From: Heterodontus francisci
Taxonomy: Eukaryota
Direction: 5' to 3'
Assembly: GCF_036365525.1 (NCBI RefSeq)
Contig: NW_027140800.1
Coordinates: 248,001 to 312,000 of the forward strand
Length of the DNA: 64,000 bases
Shown here one piece after another: positions 1 to 57,616 of this stretch. The first letter of the stretch is position 1. The number at the start of each line of letters is the position of its first letter. Both the position numbers and the translations under genes were made by a program. The notes under the pieces were generated by a model, which was not told where the DNA came from, ran no database searches, and saw nothing but the letters and a program-made list of their open reading frames with translations.

Positions 1-36133
<36,133 letters not shown>

Positions 36134-36463
36134 GGCCTTTCATTGCAGCAGCTTTTTCGGGAGCAGAGAGTGAGCTAGTGAGCAGCTGGGAAGCTCAGTT
36201 TGAAAGTAAATTTAATTTCCTTTTGTTTTTCGGCGGAGGCCAGGGGGCTGCTGGGTAAGTAAAACACTATATATTTGGGCGGTTTCTGAACCCGAGACAC
36301 CACACTTGTCGTGTCTCCCACCCGCCCTCCTCCTCTAACCAAAAAAAAAGGACTCGGTGGGGTGTTTATAAGGTAAGGCTTTTTCGATTTCTCTGGTTTT
36401 ATTGTGATTGGTAAAAACTTTTCGTTCCTTTTTCATTTAACTAAGTTAAGCTTAAGATTAAAA
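36134..36463 (+). promoter_or_regulatory. 5' UTR of the full-length LINE (presumed internal promoter)
   Basis: 330 bp of non-repeat, non-coding sequence between the insertion junction and the ORF1 ATG at 36464 (AAAATGG, good Kozak context). The promoter function is inferred from LINE biology only. Confidence 0.55.
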
Positions 36464-37411
36464 ATGGCAGGAGATCTCAGACCCGTGTCATGCTCCTCTT
36501 GCTCAATGTGGGAGCTCAGGGACACGGCTGATGTCCCTGACTCCTTCACGTGCAGTAAGTGTGTCCAGCTGCAGCTCTTGTTAGACCGCATGACGGCTCT
36601 CGAGCTGCGGATGGACTCACTTTGGAGCATGCGCGATGCTGAGGAGGTCGTGGATTGCACGTTTAGTGAATTGGTCACACCGCAGATTAGGATTGCTGAG
36701 GGAGAAAGGGAATGGGTGACCAAAAGGCAGAGAAAGAGCAGGAAGGCAGCGCAGGAGTCCCCTGCGGTCTTCTCCCTCCAAAACAAGTATACCGTTTTGG
36801 ATACTGTTGGGGGAGATGGCTCACCAGGGGAAGGCAGCAGTAGCCAGGTCCATGGCACCGTGGCTGGCTCTGCTGTTCAGTAGGGCGGGAAAAAGAGTGG
36901 AAGGGCTATAGTCGTAGGGGATTCTTTTGTAAGGGGAGTAGATAGGCGGTTCTGTGGTCGAAAACGAGGCTCCCGAATGGTATGTTGCCTCCCAGGTGCA
37001 CGGGTCAGGGATGTCTCAGATCGGCTGCAGAACATTCTAAAGGGGGAGGGTGAACAGCCAGTTGTCATTGTGCACATAGGCACTAATGATATAGGTAAAA
37101 AACGGGATGAGGTCCTACAAGCAGAGTTTAGGGAGTTAGGAGCCAAGTTAAAAAGTAGGACCTCAGAGGTAGTAATCTCAGGATTACTACCAGTGCCACG
37201 TGATAGTCAGAGTAAAAATGAAAGAATAGTCAGGATGAATGCGTGGCTTGAGAGATGGTGCAGGAAGGAGGGGTTCAGATTTTTGGGACATTGGGACCGG
37301 TTCTGGGGGAGGTGGGACTATTACAAATTGGACGGTCTACACCTGGGCCGGACTGGAACCAATGTCCTTGGAGGTGCTTTTGCTAACGCTGTTGGGGAGG
37401 GTTTAAACTAA
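36464..37411 (+). pseudogene. LINE ORF1 (315 codons): N-terminal CxxC...CxxC zinc-finger/leucine-zipper region and C-terminal SGNH/GDSL esterase; in-frame TAG at 36881-36883
   Basis: Begins MAGDLRPVSCSSC...FTCSKCVQLQLLLDRMTALELRMDSL. After the TAG the same frame continues GGKKSGRAIVVGDSFVRG (GDS block), then CLPGA, VHIGTND and DGLH, the SGNH blocks typical of vertebrate CR1 ORF1. Track ORFs 36404..36883 and 36977..37411 are in the same frame. Confidence 0.9.
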
Positions 37412-40365
37412 TGTGGCAGGGGGATGGGAACCAATTGAGGTCAGTTGACAGTAAGGAGTTAGTAACAAAAGCTTGTAAGGAACTAGATAATGAAGTCAGT
37501 GTGACTAAGGGGAAGAACAGGCAGGGAGCAGATGATGAATATAAAGGGACTGGTGGTCTGAGGTGCATTTGTTTTAATGCAAGAAGTGTAGTAGGTAAGG
37601 TAGATGAACTTAGGGCTTGGATTAGTACCTGGGAGTATGATGTTATTGCTATTACTGAGACTTGGTTGAGGGAAGGGCATGATTGGCAACTAAATATCCC
37701 AGGATATCGATGCTTCAGGCGGGATAGAGAGGGAGGTAAAAGGGGTGGAGGAGTTGCATTACTGGTCAAAGAGGATATCACAGCTGTGCTGAAGGAGGGC
37801 ACTATGGAGGACTCGAGCAGTGAGGCAATATGGACAGAACTCAGAAATAGGAAGGGTGCGGTAACAATGTTAGGGCTGTACTACAGGCCTCCCAACAGCG
37901 AGCGTGAGATAGAGGTACAAATATGTAAACAGATTATGGAAAGATGTAGGAGCAACAGGGTGGTGGTGATAGGAGATTTTAATTTTCCCAACATTGACTG
38001 GGATTCGCTTAGTGTTAGAGGTCCAGGTGGAGCAGAATTTGTAAGGAGCATCCAGGAAGGTTTTCTAGAGCAGTATGTAAATAGTCCAACTCGGGAAGGG
38101 GCCATACTAGACCTGGTGTTGGGGAATGAGCCCGGCCAGGCTGTTGAAGTTTCAGTAGGGGACTACTTTGAGAATAGTGATCACAATTCCGTAAGCTTTA
38201 AAATACTCATGGACAAAGACGAGAGTGGTCCTAAAGGAAGAGTGCTAATTTGGGGGAAGGCCAACTATACCAAAATTCGGCAGGAGCTGGGAAATGTAGA
38301 TTGGGAGCAGCTGTTTGAAGGTAAATCCACATGTGATATGTGGGAGGCTTTTAAAGAGAGGTTGATTAGCGTTCAGGAGAGACATGTTCCTGTGAAAATG
38401 AGGGATAAAAATGGCAAGATTAGGGAACCATGGATGACAGGTGAAATTGTGAGACTAGCTAAGAGGAAAAAGGAAGCATACATAAGGTGTAGGCGGCTGA
38501 TGAAAGACGAAGCTTTGAAAGAATATCGGGAATGTAGGACCAATCTGAAACGAGGAATTAAGAGGGCTAAAAGGGGTCATGAAATATCTTTAGCAAACAG
38601 GGTTAAGGAAAATCCCAAAGCCTTTTATTCATATATAAGGAGAAAGAGGGTAACTAGAGAAAGGATTGGCCCACTAAAGGACAAAGGAGGAATGTTATGC
38701 TTGGACTCAGAGAAAATGGGTGAGATTCTAAACGAGTACTTTGCATCGGTATTCACCGAGGAGAGGGACATGACGGATGTTGAGGTTAGGAACAGATGTT
38801 TGATTACTCTAGGTCAAGTCGGCATAAGGAGGGAGGAAGTGTTGGGTATTCTAAAGGGCATTAAGGTGGACAAGTCCCCAGGTCCGGATGGGATCTATCC
38901 CAGGTTACTGAGGGAAGCGAGAGAGGAAATAGCTGGGGCCTTTACAGATATCTTTGCAGCATCCTTAAACATGGGTGAGGTCCCGGAGGACTGGAGAATT
39001 GCTAATGTTGTCCCCTTGTTTAAGAAGGGTAGCAGGGATAATCCACGTAATTATAGACCGGTGAGCCTGACGTCAGTGGTAGGGAAGCTGCTGGAGAAGA
39101 TACTGAGGGATAGGATCTATTCCCATTTGGAAGAAAATGGGCTCATCAGTGATAGGCAACATGGTTTTGTGCAGGGAAGGTCATGTCTTACCAACTTAAT
39201 AGAATTCTTTGAGGAAGTGACAACGTTGATTGATGAGGGAAGGGCTGTCGATGTCATATACATGGACTTCAGTAAGGCGTTTGATAAGGTTCCCCATGGC
39301 AGGCTGATGGAGAAAGTGAAGGCGCTTGGGGTCCAAGGTGTACTAGCTAGATGGATAAAGAACTGGCTGGGCAACAGGAGACAGAGAGTAGCAGTAGAAG
39401 GGAGTTTCTCAAAATGGAGACGTGTGACCAGTGGTGTTCCACAGGGATCCGTGCTGGGACCACTGTTGTTTGTGATATACATTAATGATTTGGAGGAAAG
39501 TATAGGTGGACTGATTAGCAAGTTTGCAGACGACACTAATATTGGTGGAGTAGCAGATCGTGAAGGGGACTGTCAGAGAATACAGCAGAATGTAGATAGA
39601 TTAGAGAGTTGGGCAGAGAAATGGTAGATGGAGTTCAATCAGGGCAAATGCGAGGTGATGCATTTTGGAAGATCCAATTCAAGAGTGAACTATACAGTAA
39701 ATGGAAAAGTCCTGGGGAAAATTGATGTCCAGAGAGATTTGGGTGTTCAGGTCCACTGTTCCCTGAAGGTGGCAACGCAGGTAAATAGAGTGGTCAAGAA
39801 GGCATACGGCATGCTTTCCTTCATCGGACGGGGCATTGAGTACAAGAGTTGGCAGGTCATGTTACAGTTGTATAGGACTTTGGTTCGGCCACATTTGGAA
39901 TACTGCGTACAGTTCTGGTCGCCACATTATCAAAAGGATGTGGATGCTTTGGAGAGGGTGCAGAGGAGGTTCACCAGGATGTTGCCTGGTATGGAGGGCG
40001 CTAGCTATGAAGAGAGGTTGAGCAGATTAGGATTATTTTCATTAGAAAGACGGAGGTTGAGGGGGGACCTGATTGAGGTGTACAAAATCATGAGAGGTAT
40101 AGACAGAGTGGACAGCAAGAGGATTTTTCCCAGAGAGGGGGTTTCAATTACTAGAGGACACGAGTTCAAAGTGAAAGGGGAAATGTTTAGGGGGGATATG
40201 CGTGGAAGGTTCTTTACGCAGAGGGTGGTGGGCACCTGGAACGCGTTGCCAGCGGAGGTGGTAGACGCGGGCACGATGGAGTCTTTTAAGATGTATCTAG
40301 ACAGATACATGAATGGGCAGGAAGAAAAGAGATACAGAACCTTAGAAAATAGGCGACATGTTTAG
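37411..40365 (+). pseudogene. LINE ORF2 (984 codons): apurinic-like endonuclease plus reverse transcriptase; in-frame TAG at 39625-39627
   Basis: APE motifs FNARS, ITETW, YYRPP, GDFN, ILDLV and SDH. RT motifs NYRPVSLTS, QHGF, MDFSKAFDKVPH, GVPQGSVLGP and FADD. C-terminus LERVQRRFTR...FFTQRVV..WNALP. KW*MEFN corresponds to RWQMEFN in the second LINE, implying CAG>TAG. Confidence 0.95.
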
Positions 40366-40427
40366 AGAGAGGATCTGGATCGGCGCAGGCTTGGAGGGCC
40401 GAAGGGCCTGTTCCTGTGCTGTAATTA

Positions 40428-40449
40428 TCTTTGTTCTTGTTCTTTGTTC
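40428..40449 (+). repeat. 3' microsatellite tail of LINE 1 (TCTTTGT TCTTGT TCTTTGT TC)
   Basis: Read directly; it ends at the junction with the satellite. CR1-clade LINEs end in short tandem repeats rather than poly(A). Confidence 0.85.
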
Positions 40450-42066
40450 AGTGAGTTCACACTGGGGAGAGACAATTGACCTGCTCAGAGTCTGGTAGGA
40501 AATTCACTCAGTCATCCTATCTGCTGAAACAACAGTGAGTTCACAATGGGGAGAGACCATTCACCTGCTCAGAATGTGGGAATAGATTCACTCAGTCATC
40601 CAACCTGCTGATATACCAGTACTTCACTTTGGGGAGAGACCGTTCACCTTTCAGAGTGTCGGAAAAGATTCACTCAGTCATCCTGCCTTCTGATACACCA
40701 GTGAGTTCACACTGGGGAGAGTCCATTCAGCTGCTCAGAGTGTGGGATGAGATTCACTCAGTCATCCTGCCTGCTGAAACACCAGTCAATTCACACATGG
40801 GAGAGACCGTTCACCTGTTCAGAGTGTGGGACGGGATTCACTCTGTCATCCTACCTGCTGATACACCAGTGAGTTCACACAGGTGAGAGACCTTTCACCT
40901 GCTCAGAGTTTTGGATGAGATTCACTCAGTCATCCTACCTGCTGATACACCAGTGAGTTCACACTGGGGAGAGACCATTCAGCAGCTCAGAGTCAGTTTG
41001 GAGATTCACTCAGTCATCCTGCCTGCTGTTACACCATTGAGTTCACAAAAGGGGAGAGACCATTCACCTGCTCAGAGTGTGGGAAGAGATTCACTCAGTC
41101 ATCATAACTGCTGATACAACAGTGATTTGACAATGGGGACAGACCGTTCACGAGCTCAGAGTGTGGGCAAGAGATTCACTCTGTCATCCTACCTGCTGAT
41201 ACACCAGTGAGTTGACACTGGGGAGAGAGAGTTCACCTACTCTGAGTGTGGACAGAGATTCACTCAGTCATCCGACCAGCTGATACACCAGTGAGTTATC
41301 ACTGGGGAGAGACCGTTCAACTGCTCAGAGTGTCGGAAGAGATTCACTCAGTCATCCTACCTTCTGAGACACCAGTGAGTTCACACTGGGGAGAGACCAT
41401 TCACCTTTTCAGAGTGTGGAAGGGATTCACTCAATCATCCTACCTGCTGACAAACCAGTGAGTTCATACTGGGGAGAGACCGTTCACCTGCTCCAAGTGT
41501 GGGAAGAGATTCACTCAGTCATCCTACCTGCAGATATACATGTGATTTCACATTGGGGAGAGACCGTTCACCAGCTCAGTGTTCGGGAAGAGGTTCACTC
41601 AGTCATCCTACCTGCTGATACACCAGTGCGTTCACACTGGGGAGAGACGATACCCCTATCAGACTGTTGGAAAGGATTTACTCAGTCATCCTACCTGCTG
41701 ATACACCAGTGAGTTCACACTGGGGAGAGAAGATTCACCTGCTCAGAGTCAGGTAGTAGATTCACTCAGTCATCCTAACTGCTGATACAACAGTGATTTG
41801 ACAATGGGGACATACCGTTCACCTGCTCAGAGTGTGGGAAGAGATTCACTCAGTCATCCAACCTGCTGATATACCAGTGAGTTCACACTGGGGAGAGACC
41901 GTTCACCTCCACAGAGAGTCGGAAGAGATTCACTCAGCCATCCTACCTTCTGATACACCAGTGAGTTCACACCGGGGGGAGACCATTCAGCTGCTCAGAG
42001 TGTGGGATGAGATTCACTCAGTCATCCTGCCTGCTGATACACCAGTGAGTTCACACTTGGGAGAGA
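40450..42066 (+). repeat. 84-bp zinc-finger-derived array, segment 2 (about 19 monomers between the two LINEs)
   Basis: Same monomer and orientation as segment 1. Confidence 0.96.
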
Positions 42067-42067
42067 G

Positions 42068-44014
42068 TATGTACCTGTCAGGCAGGGAGGAAGTTGTCGA
42101 GCGAGGGAGCCGTGGTTTACTCAAGAAGTTGAAGCGCTTGTCAAGAGGAAGAGGGCGGCTTATGTTAGGATGAGACGTGAAGGCTCAGTTAGGGCGCTTG
42201 AGAGTTACAAGCTAGCCAGGAAGGATCTAAAGGGAGGGCTAAGAAGAGCAAGGAGAGGACACGAGAAGTCATTGGCGGATAGGATCAAAGAAAACCCTAA
42301 GGCTTTCTATAGGTATATCAGGAATAAACGAATGATAAGAGTTAGAACAGGGCCAATCAAGGATAGTAGTGGGAAGTTGTGTGCGGAATCAGAGGAGATA
42401 GGGGAAGCGTTAAATGAATATTTTTCGTCAGTATTTACAGTAGAGAAAGAAAATGTTGCCGAGGAGATTACTGAGATACAGCCTACTAGGCTAGATGGGA
42501 TTGAGATTCACAAGGAGGAGGTGTTAGCAATTTTGGAAAGAGTGAAAATAGATAAGTCCCCTGGGCCAGATGGGATTTATCCTAGGATTCTCTGGGAAGC
42601 CAGGGAGGAGATTGCAGAGCCGTTGTTGTTGATCTTTAAGTCGTCATTGTCGACAGGAGTAGTGCCGGAGGACTGGAGGATAGCAAATGTTGTCCCCTTG
42701 TTCAAGAAGGGGAGTAGAGACAGCCCTGGTAATTATAGACCTGTGAGCCTTACTTCGGTTGTGGGTAAAATGTTGGAAAAGGTTATAAGAGACAGGATTT
42801 ATAATCATCTTGAAAAGAATAAGTTCATTTGCGATAGTCAGCACGGTTTTGTGAAAGGTAGGTCGTGCCTCACAAACCTTATTGAGTTTTTCGAGAAGGT
42901 GACCAAACAGGTGGATGAGGGTAAAGCCGTGGATGTGGTGTATATGGATTTCAGTAAGGCGTTTGATAAGGTTCCCCACGGTAGGCGATTGCAGAAAATA
43001 CGCAAGTATGGGGTTGAAGGTGATTTAGAGCTTTGGATCAGAAATTGGCTAGCTGAAAGAAGACAGAGGGTGGTGGTTGATGGCAAATGTTCATCCTGGA
43101 GTTTAGTTACTAGTGGTGTACCGCAAGGTTCTGTTTTGGGGCCACTGCTGTTTGTCATTTTTATAAACGACCTGGATGAGGGTGTAGAAGGGTGGGTTAG
43201 TAAATTTGCGGATGACACGAAGGTCTGTGGAGTTGTGGATAGTGTCGAAGGGTGTTGTAGGTTGCAGAGGGACATAGATAGGCTGCAGAGCTGGGCTGAG
43301 AGATGGCAAATGGAGTTTAATGCGGAGAAGTGTGAGGTGATTCACTTTGGAAGGAGTAACAGCAATGCAGAGTACTGGGCTAATGGGAAGATTCTTGGTA
43401 GTGTAGATGAGCAGAGAGATCTTGGTATCCAGGTACATGAATCCCTGAAAGTTGCTACCCAGGTTAATAGGGCTGTTAAGAAGGCATATGGTGTGTTAGC
43501 CTTTATTAGTAGGGGGATCGAGTTTCGGAGCCACGGGGTCATGATGCAGCTGTACAAAACTCTGGTGAGGCCGCACCTGGAGTATTGCGTGCAATTCTGG
43601 TCACCGCATTATAGGAAGGATGTCGAAGCTTTGGAAAGGGTGCAGAGGAGATTTACTAGGATGTTGCCTGGTATGGAAGGAAGGTCTTACGAGGAAAGGC
43701 TGAGGGACTTGGGGTTGTTTTCGTTAGAGAGAAGGAGGAGGAGAGGTGACTTAATAGAGACATACAAGATAATCAGAGGGTTAGATAGGGTGGATAGTGA
43801 GAGTCTTTTTCCTCGGATGAGGATGGCAAACACGAGGGGACATAGCTTTAAGTTGAGGGGTGAAAGATATAGGACAGATGTCAGAGGTAGTTTCTTTACG
43901 CAGAGAGTAGTAGGGGCGTGGAACGCCCTGCCTGCAACAGTAGTAGACTCGCCAACTTTAAGGGCATTTAAGTGGTCATTGGATAGACATATGGATGTAA
44001 ATGGAATAGTGTAG
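42068..44014 (+). pseudogene. ORF2 remnant of LINE 2: linker, reverse transcriptase and C-terminal domain; endonuclease missing; frame uninterrupted
   Basis: Track ORF 42170..44014 (614 aa) extends upstream in frame to the junction. It contains KSPGPDGIYP, NYRPVSLTS, DFSKAFDKVPH, GVPQGSVLGP and FADD. Confidence 0.93.
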
Positions 44015-44067
44015 GTCAGATGATCGGCGCAACATCGAGGGCCGAAGGGCCTGTACTGCGCTGTAAT

Positions 44068-44101
44068 ATTCTAATTCTAATTCTAATTCTAATTCTAATT
44101 C
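44068..44101 (+). repeat. (ATTCTA)5 ATTC 3' tail of LINE 2
   Basis: Five perfect hexamers plus a partial unit, read directly. It resembles the ATTCTRTG tail of amniote CR1. Confidence 0.93.
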
Positions 44102-47100
44102 ACTTATTCAGAGTGTGGGAAGGGATTCACACAATCATCCTACCTGCTGTTACACCAGTGAGTTCATACTGGGGCGAGACCGTTCACCTGCTCATAGTGT
44201 GGGAAGAGATTCACTCAGTCGTCCTACCTTCTGGTATATCAGTGATTTCACATTGGGGAGAGACCGTTCACCAGCTCAGTGTACGGGAAGAGGTTCACTC
44301 AATCTTCCTACCTGCTGATACACCAGTGAGTTCACACTGGGGAGATACCATTCACCTGCTCAGAGTCTGGTAGGAGATTCACTCAGAAATCCTACCCGCT
44401 GTAACAACAGTGAGTTCACAATGGGGAGAGACCATTCACCTGCTCAGAGTCTGGTAGGAGATTCACTCAGACATCCAACTTGCTGATACACCAGTGAGTT
44501 CACACTGGGGAGAGACCGTTCACCTGCTCAGAGTGTTGGATGAGATTCACTCAGTCATCCTGCCTGCTGTTGTAAAAGTGAGTTCACACTGGGGAGAGAC
44601 CATTCACCTGCTCAGAGTCTGGTAGGAGATACAGTCAGTCATTCTACCTGCTGAATCAACAATGAGTTCACAATGGGGAGAGACCATTCACCTGCTCAGA
44701 GTGTGGGAATAGAATCACTCAGTCATCCTGACTGCTGATACAACAGTGAGTTGACAATGGGGACAGACCGTTCACCTGCTCAGAGTGTGGGAAGTGATTC
44801 ACTCAGTCATCCAACCTGCTGATATACCAGTGAGTTTACACTGGGGAGAGACCGTTCAACTCATCAGAGTGTCGGAAGAGATTCACTCAGTCACCTTACC
44901 TTCTGATACACCAGTGAGTTCACACTTGGGAGAGACCGTTCACCTGTTCAGAGTGTGGGAAGGGATTCACTCAGTCATCCTACCTGCTGATACACCAGTG
45001 AGTTCACACTGGGAAGAGACCAGTCCCCTCTCAGAGTGTAGGAAAGGATTTACTCAGTCATCCTACCTGCTGATACAACAGTGAGTTCACACTGGGGACA
45101 GACCATTCACGTGCTCAGAGTCTGGTTGGAGATTCACTCAGACATCCTACCTGCTGAAACTAAAGTGAGTTCACAATGTGGAGAGACCATTCATCTGCTC
45201 AGAGTGTTGGAAGTGATTCACTGAGTCATCCAACCTGCTGATACACCAGTGAGTTCACACTGGGGAGAGACCGTTCACCCGCTCAGAGTGTCGGAAGAGA
45301 TTCACTCAGTCATCCTCCCCTCTGATACACCAGTGAGTTCACACTGGGGAAAGACCATTCAACTGCTCAGACTGTGGGATGAGATTCACTCAGTCATCCT
45401 ACCCGCTGATACACCAGTGAGTTATCACTGGGGAGAGACCGTTAACCTTTTCAGAGTGTGGGTGGGATTCACTCAGTCATCCTACCTGTTGATACACCAG
45501 TGAGTTCACACTGGGGAGAGACCGTTCACCCGCTCAGTGTGTCGGAAGAGATGCACTCAGTCATCCTCCCCTCTGATACACCAGTGAGTTCACACTGGGG
45601 AGAGACCATTCACCTGCTCAGAGTGTGGGAAGAGAATCACTCAGTCATCCTGACTGCTGATACAACAGTGTGTTGACAATGGGGACAGACCGTTCATCTG
45701 CTCAGAGTGTGCGAAGACATTCACTCAGTCATCCAACCTGCTGATATACCAGTGAGTTTACACTGGGGAGAGACCGTTTACCTCATCAGACTGTCGGAAG
45801 AGATTCAATCAGTCATCCTACCTTCTGATACACCAGTGATTTCACGCTGGGGAGAGACCATTCAGCTGCTCAGAGTATGGGATGAGATTCACTCAGTCAT
45901 CCTCCCCTCTGATACACCAGTGAGTTCACACTGGGGAGAGACCATTCAACTGCTCAGACTGTGGGATGAGATTCACTCAGTCTTCCAAACTGCTGATACA
46001 CTAGTGAGTTCACACTGGGGAGAGACCTTTCACCTGCTCTGATTGTGGGAAAGAGATTCACTCTGTCATCCTACCTACTGATAAACCAGTGAGTTAACAC
46101 TGGGGAGAGACCGTTCACCTGCTCAGAGTGTGGACGGAGATTCACTCAGTCATCCTACCCGCTGATACACCAGTGAGTTATCACTGGGGAGAGACCGTTC
46201 ACCTTTTCAGAGTGTGGGTGGTATTCACTCAGTCATCCTACCTGTTGATACACCAGTGAGTTCACACTGGGGAGAGACCGTTCACCCGCTCAGAGTGTCG
46301 GAAGAGATGCACTCAGTCATCCTCCCCTCTGATACACCAGTGAGTTCACACTGGGGAGAGACCATTCACCTGCTCAGAGTGTGGGAAGAGAATCACTCAG
46401 TCATCCTGACTGCTGATACAACAGTGAGTTGACAATGGGGACAGACCGTTCATCTGCTCAGAGTGTGGGAAGAGATTCACTCAGTCATCCAACCTGCTGA
46501 TATACCAGTGAGTTTACACTGGGGAGAGACCGTTCACCTCGTCAGACTGTCGGAAGAGATTCAATCAGTCATCCTACCTGCTGATACACCAGTGAGTTCA
46601 CACTGGAGAGAGACCGATCACCTGCTCTGAGTGTGGAAGGGATTCACTCAGTCATCCTGCCTGCTGAGATACCAGTGAGTTCACACTTGGGAGAGACCGT
46701 TCACCTGTTCAGAGTGTGGGAAGGGATTCACTCAGTCATCCTACCTGCTGATACACCAGTGAGTTCACACTGGGAAGAGACCGATCACCTGCTCTGAGTG
46801 TGGAAGGGATTCACTCAGTCATCCTGCCTGCTGAGATACCAGTGAGTTCACACTGGGGAGAGACCGATCACCTGCTCAGAGTGTGGAAGGGATTCACTAA
46901 GTCATTCTACCTGCTGATACACCAGTGGGTTCACACTGGGAAGAGACCAGTCCGCTCTCAGAGTGTAGGGAAGTAATTACTCAGTCATCCTACCTGCTGA
47001 TACAACAGTGAGTTCACACTGGGGAGAGACCATTCACGTGCTCAGAGTCTGGTTGGAGATTCACTCAGACATCCTACCTGCTGAAACAACAGTGAGTTCA

Positions 47101-47684
47101 CAATGGGGAGAGACTATTCATCTGCTCAGAGTGTGGGAAGTGATTCACTGAGTCATCCAACCTGCTGATACACCAGTGAGTTCACACTGGGGAGAGACCG
47201 TTCACCCGCTCAGAGTGTCGGATGAGATTCACTCAGTCATCCTCCCCTCTGATACACCAGTGAGTTCACACTGGGGAGAGACCATTCAACTGCTCAGACT
47301 GTGGGATGAGATTCACTCACTCTTCCAAACTGCTGATACAACAGTGAGTTCACACTGGGGAGAGACCTTTCACCTGCTCTGAGTGTGGGAAAGAGATTCA
47401 CTCTGTCATCCTACCTGCTGATAAACCAGTGAGTTAACACTGGGGAGGGACCGTTCACCTGCTCAGAGTGTGGACGGAGATTCACTCAGTCATCCTACCT
47501 GCTGATACACCAGTGAGTTATCACTGGGGAGAGACCGTTCACCTTTTCAGAGTGTGGGTGGGATTCACTCAGTCATCCTACCTGTTGATACACCAGTGAG
47601 TTCACACTGGGGAGAGACCGTTCAACTGCTCATCGTGTGGGAAGAGATTCACTCAGTCATCCTACCTGCTGATACACCAGTGAG

Positions 47685-57616
<9,932 letters not shown>

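Larger units (their letters stand above)
36134..40449 (+). mobile_element. Apparently full-length CR1-clade non-LTR retrotransposon (LINE), 4316 bp, inactivated by two nonsense codons
   Basis: The satellite breaks at ...GCTGTTACACC (36133) and resumes at AGTGAGTTCACAC (40450). In between are a 5' UTR, ORF1 (Cys-pair motif plus SGNH esterase), ORF2 (APE endonuclease plus RT), a short 3' UTR with a GGGCCGAAGGGCC motif and a TCTT(T)GT-type microsatellite tail. Confidence 0.96.
42067..44101 (+). mobile_element. 5'-truncated CR1-clade LINE of a second subfamily (~2.03 kb)
   Basis: The satellite breaks after CACACTTGGGAGAGA (42066). The insert starts inside ORF2 (YVPVRQGGSCRAREPWFTQE, matching HVPVKMRDKNGKIREPWMTGE of LINE 1) and ends with a GGGCCGAAGGGCC motif plus an (ATTCTA)5 ATTC tail. 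Junctions are uncertain by 1-4 bp because of microhomology. Confidence 0.95.

Noticed and set aside
36881-36883. Programmed readthrough of the TAG between the two halves of ORF1 (and of the TAG at 39625)
   Set aside because: CR1 ORF1 and ORF2 are normally continuous. The second LINE has Gln at the ORF2 site, so single nonsense substitutions are the simpler explanation.
36433-43557. Minus-strand ORFs inside the two LINEs
   Set aside because: They are antisense shadows of ORF1/ORF2 with no recognisable domains.
41832-44373. Chimeric satellite-LINE fusion ORFs (41832..42173 and 44020..44373 with the ILILIL run)
   Set aside because: They are junction read-throughs out of frame with ORF2, and the ILILIL run is the translated (ATTCTA)n tail. 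The ORF2 frame has a stop at 42035-42037 just upstream.
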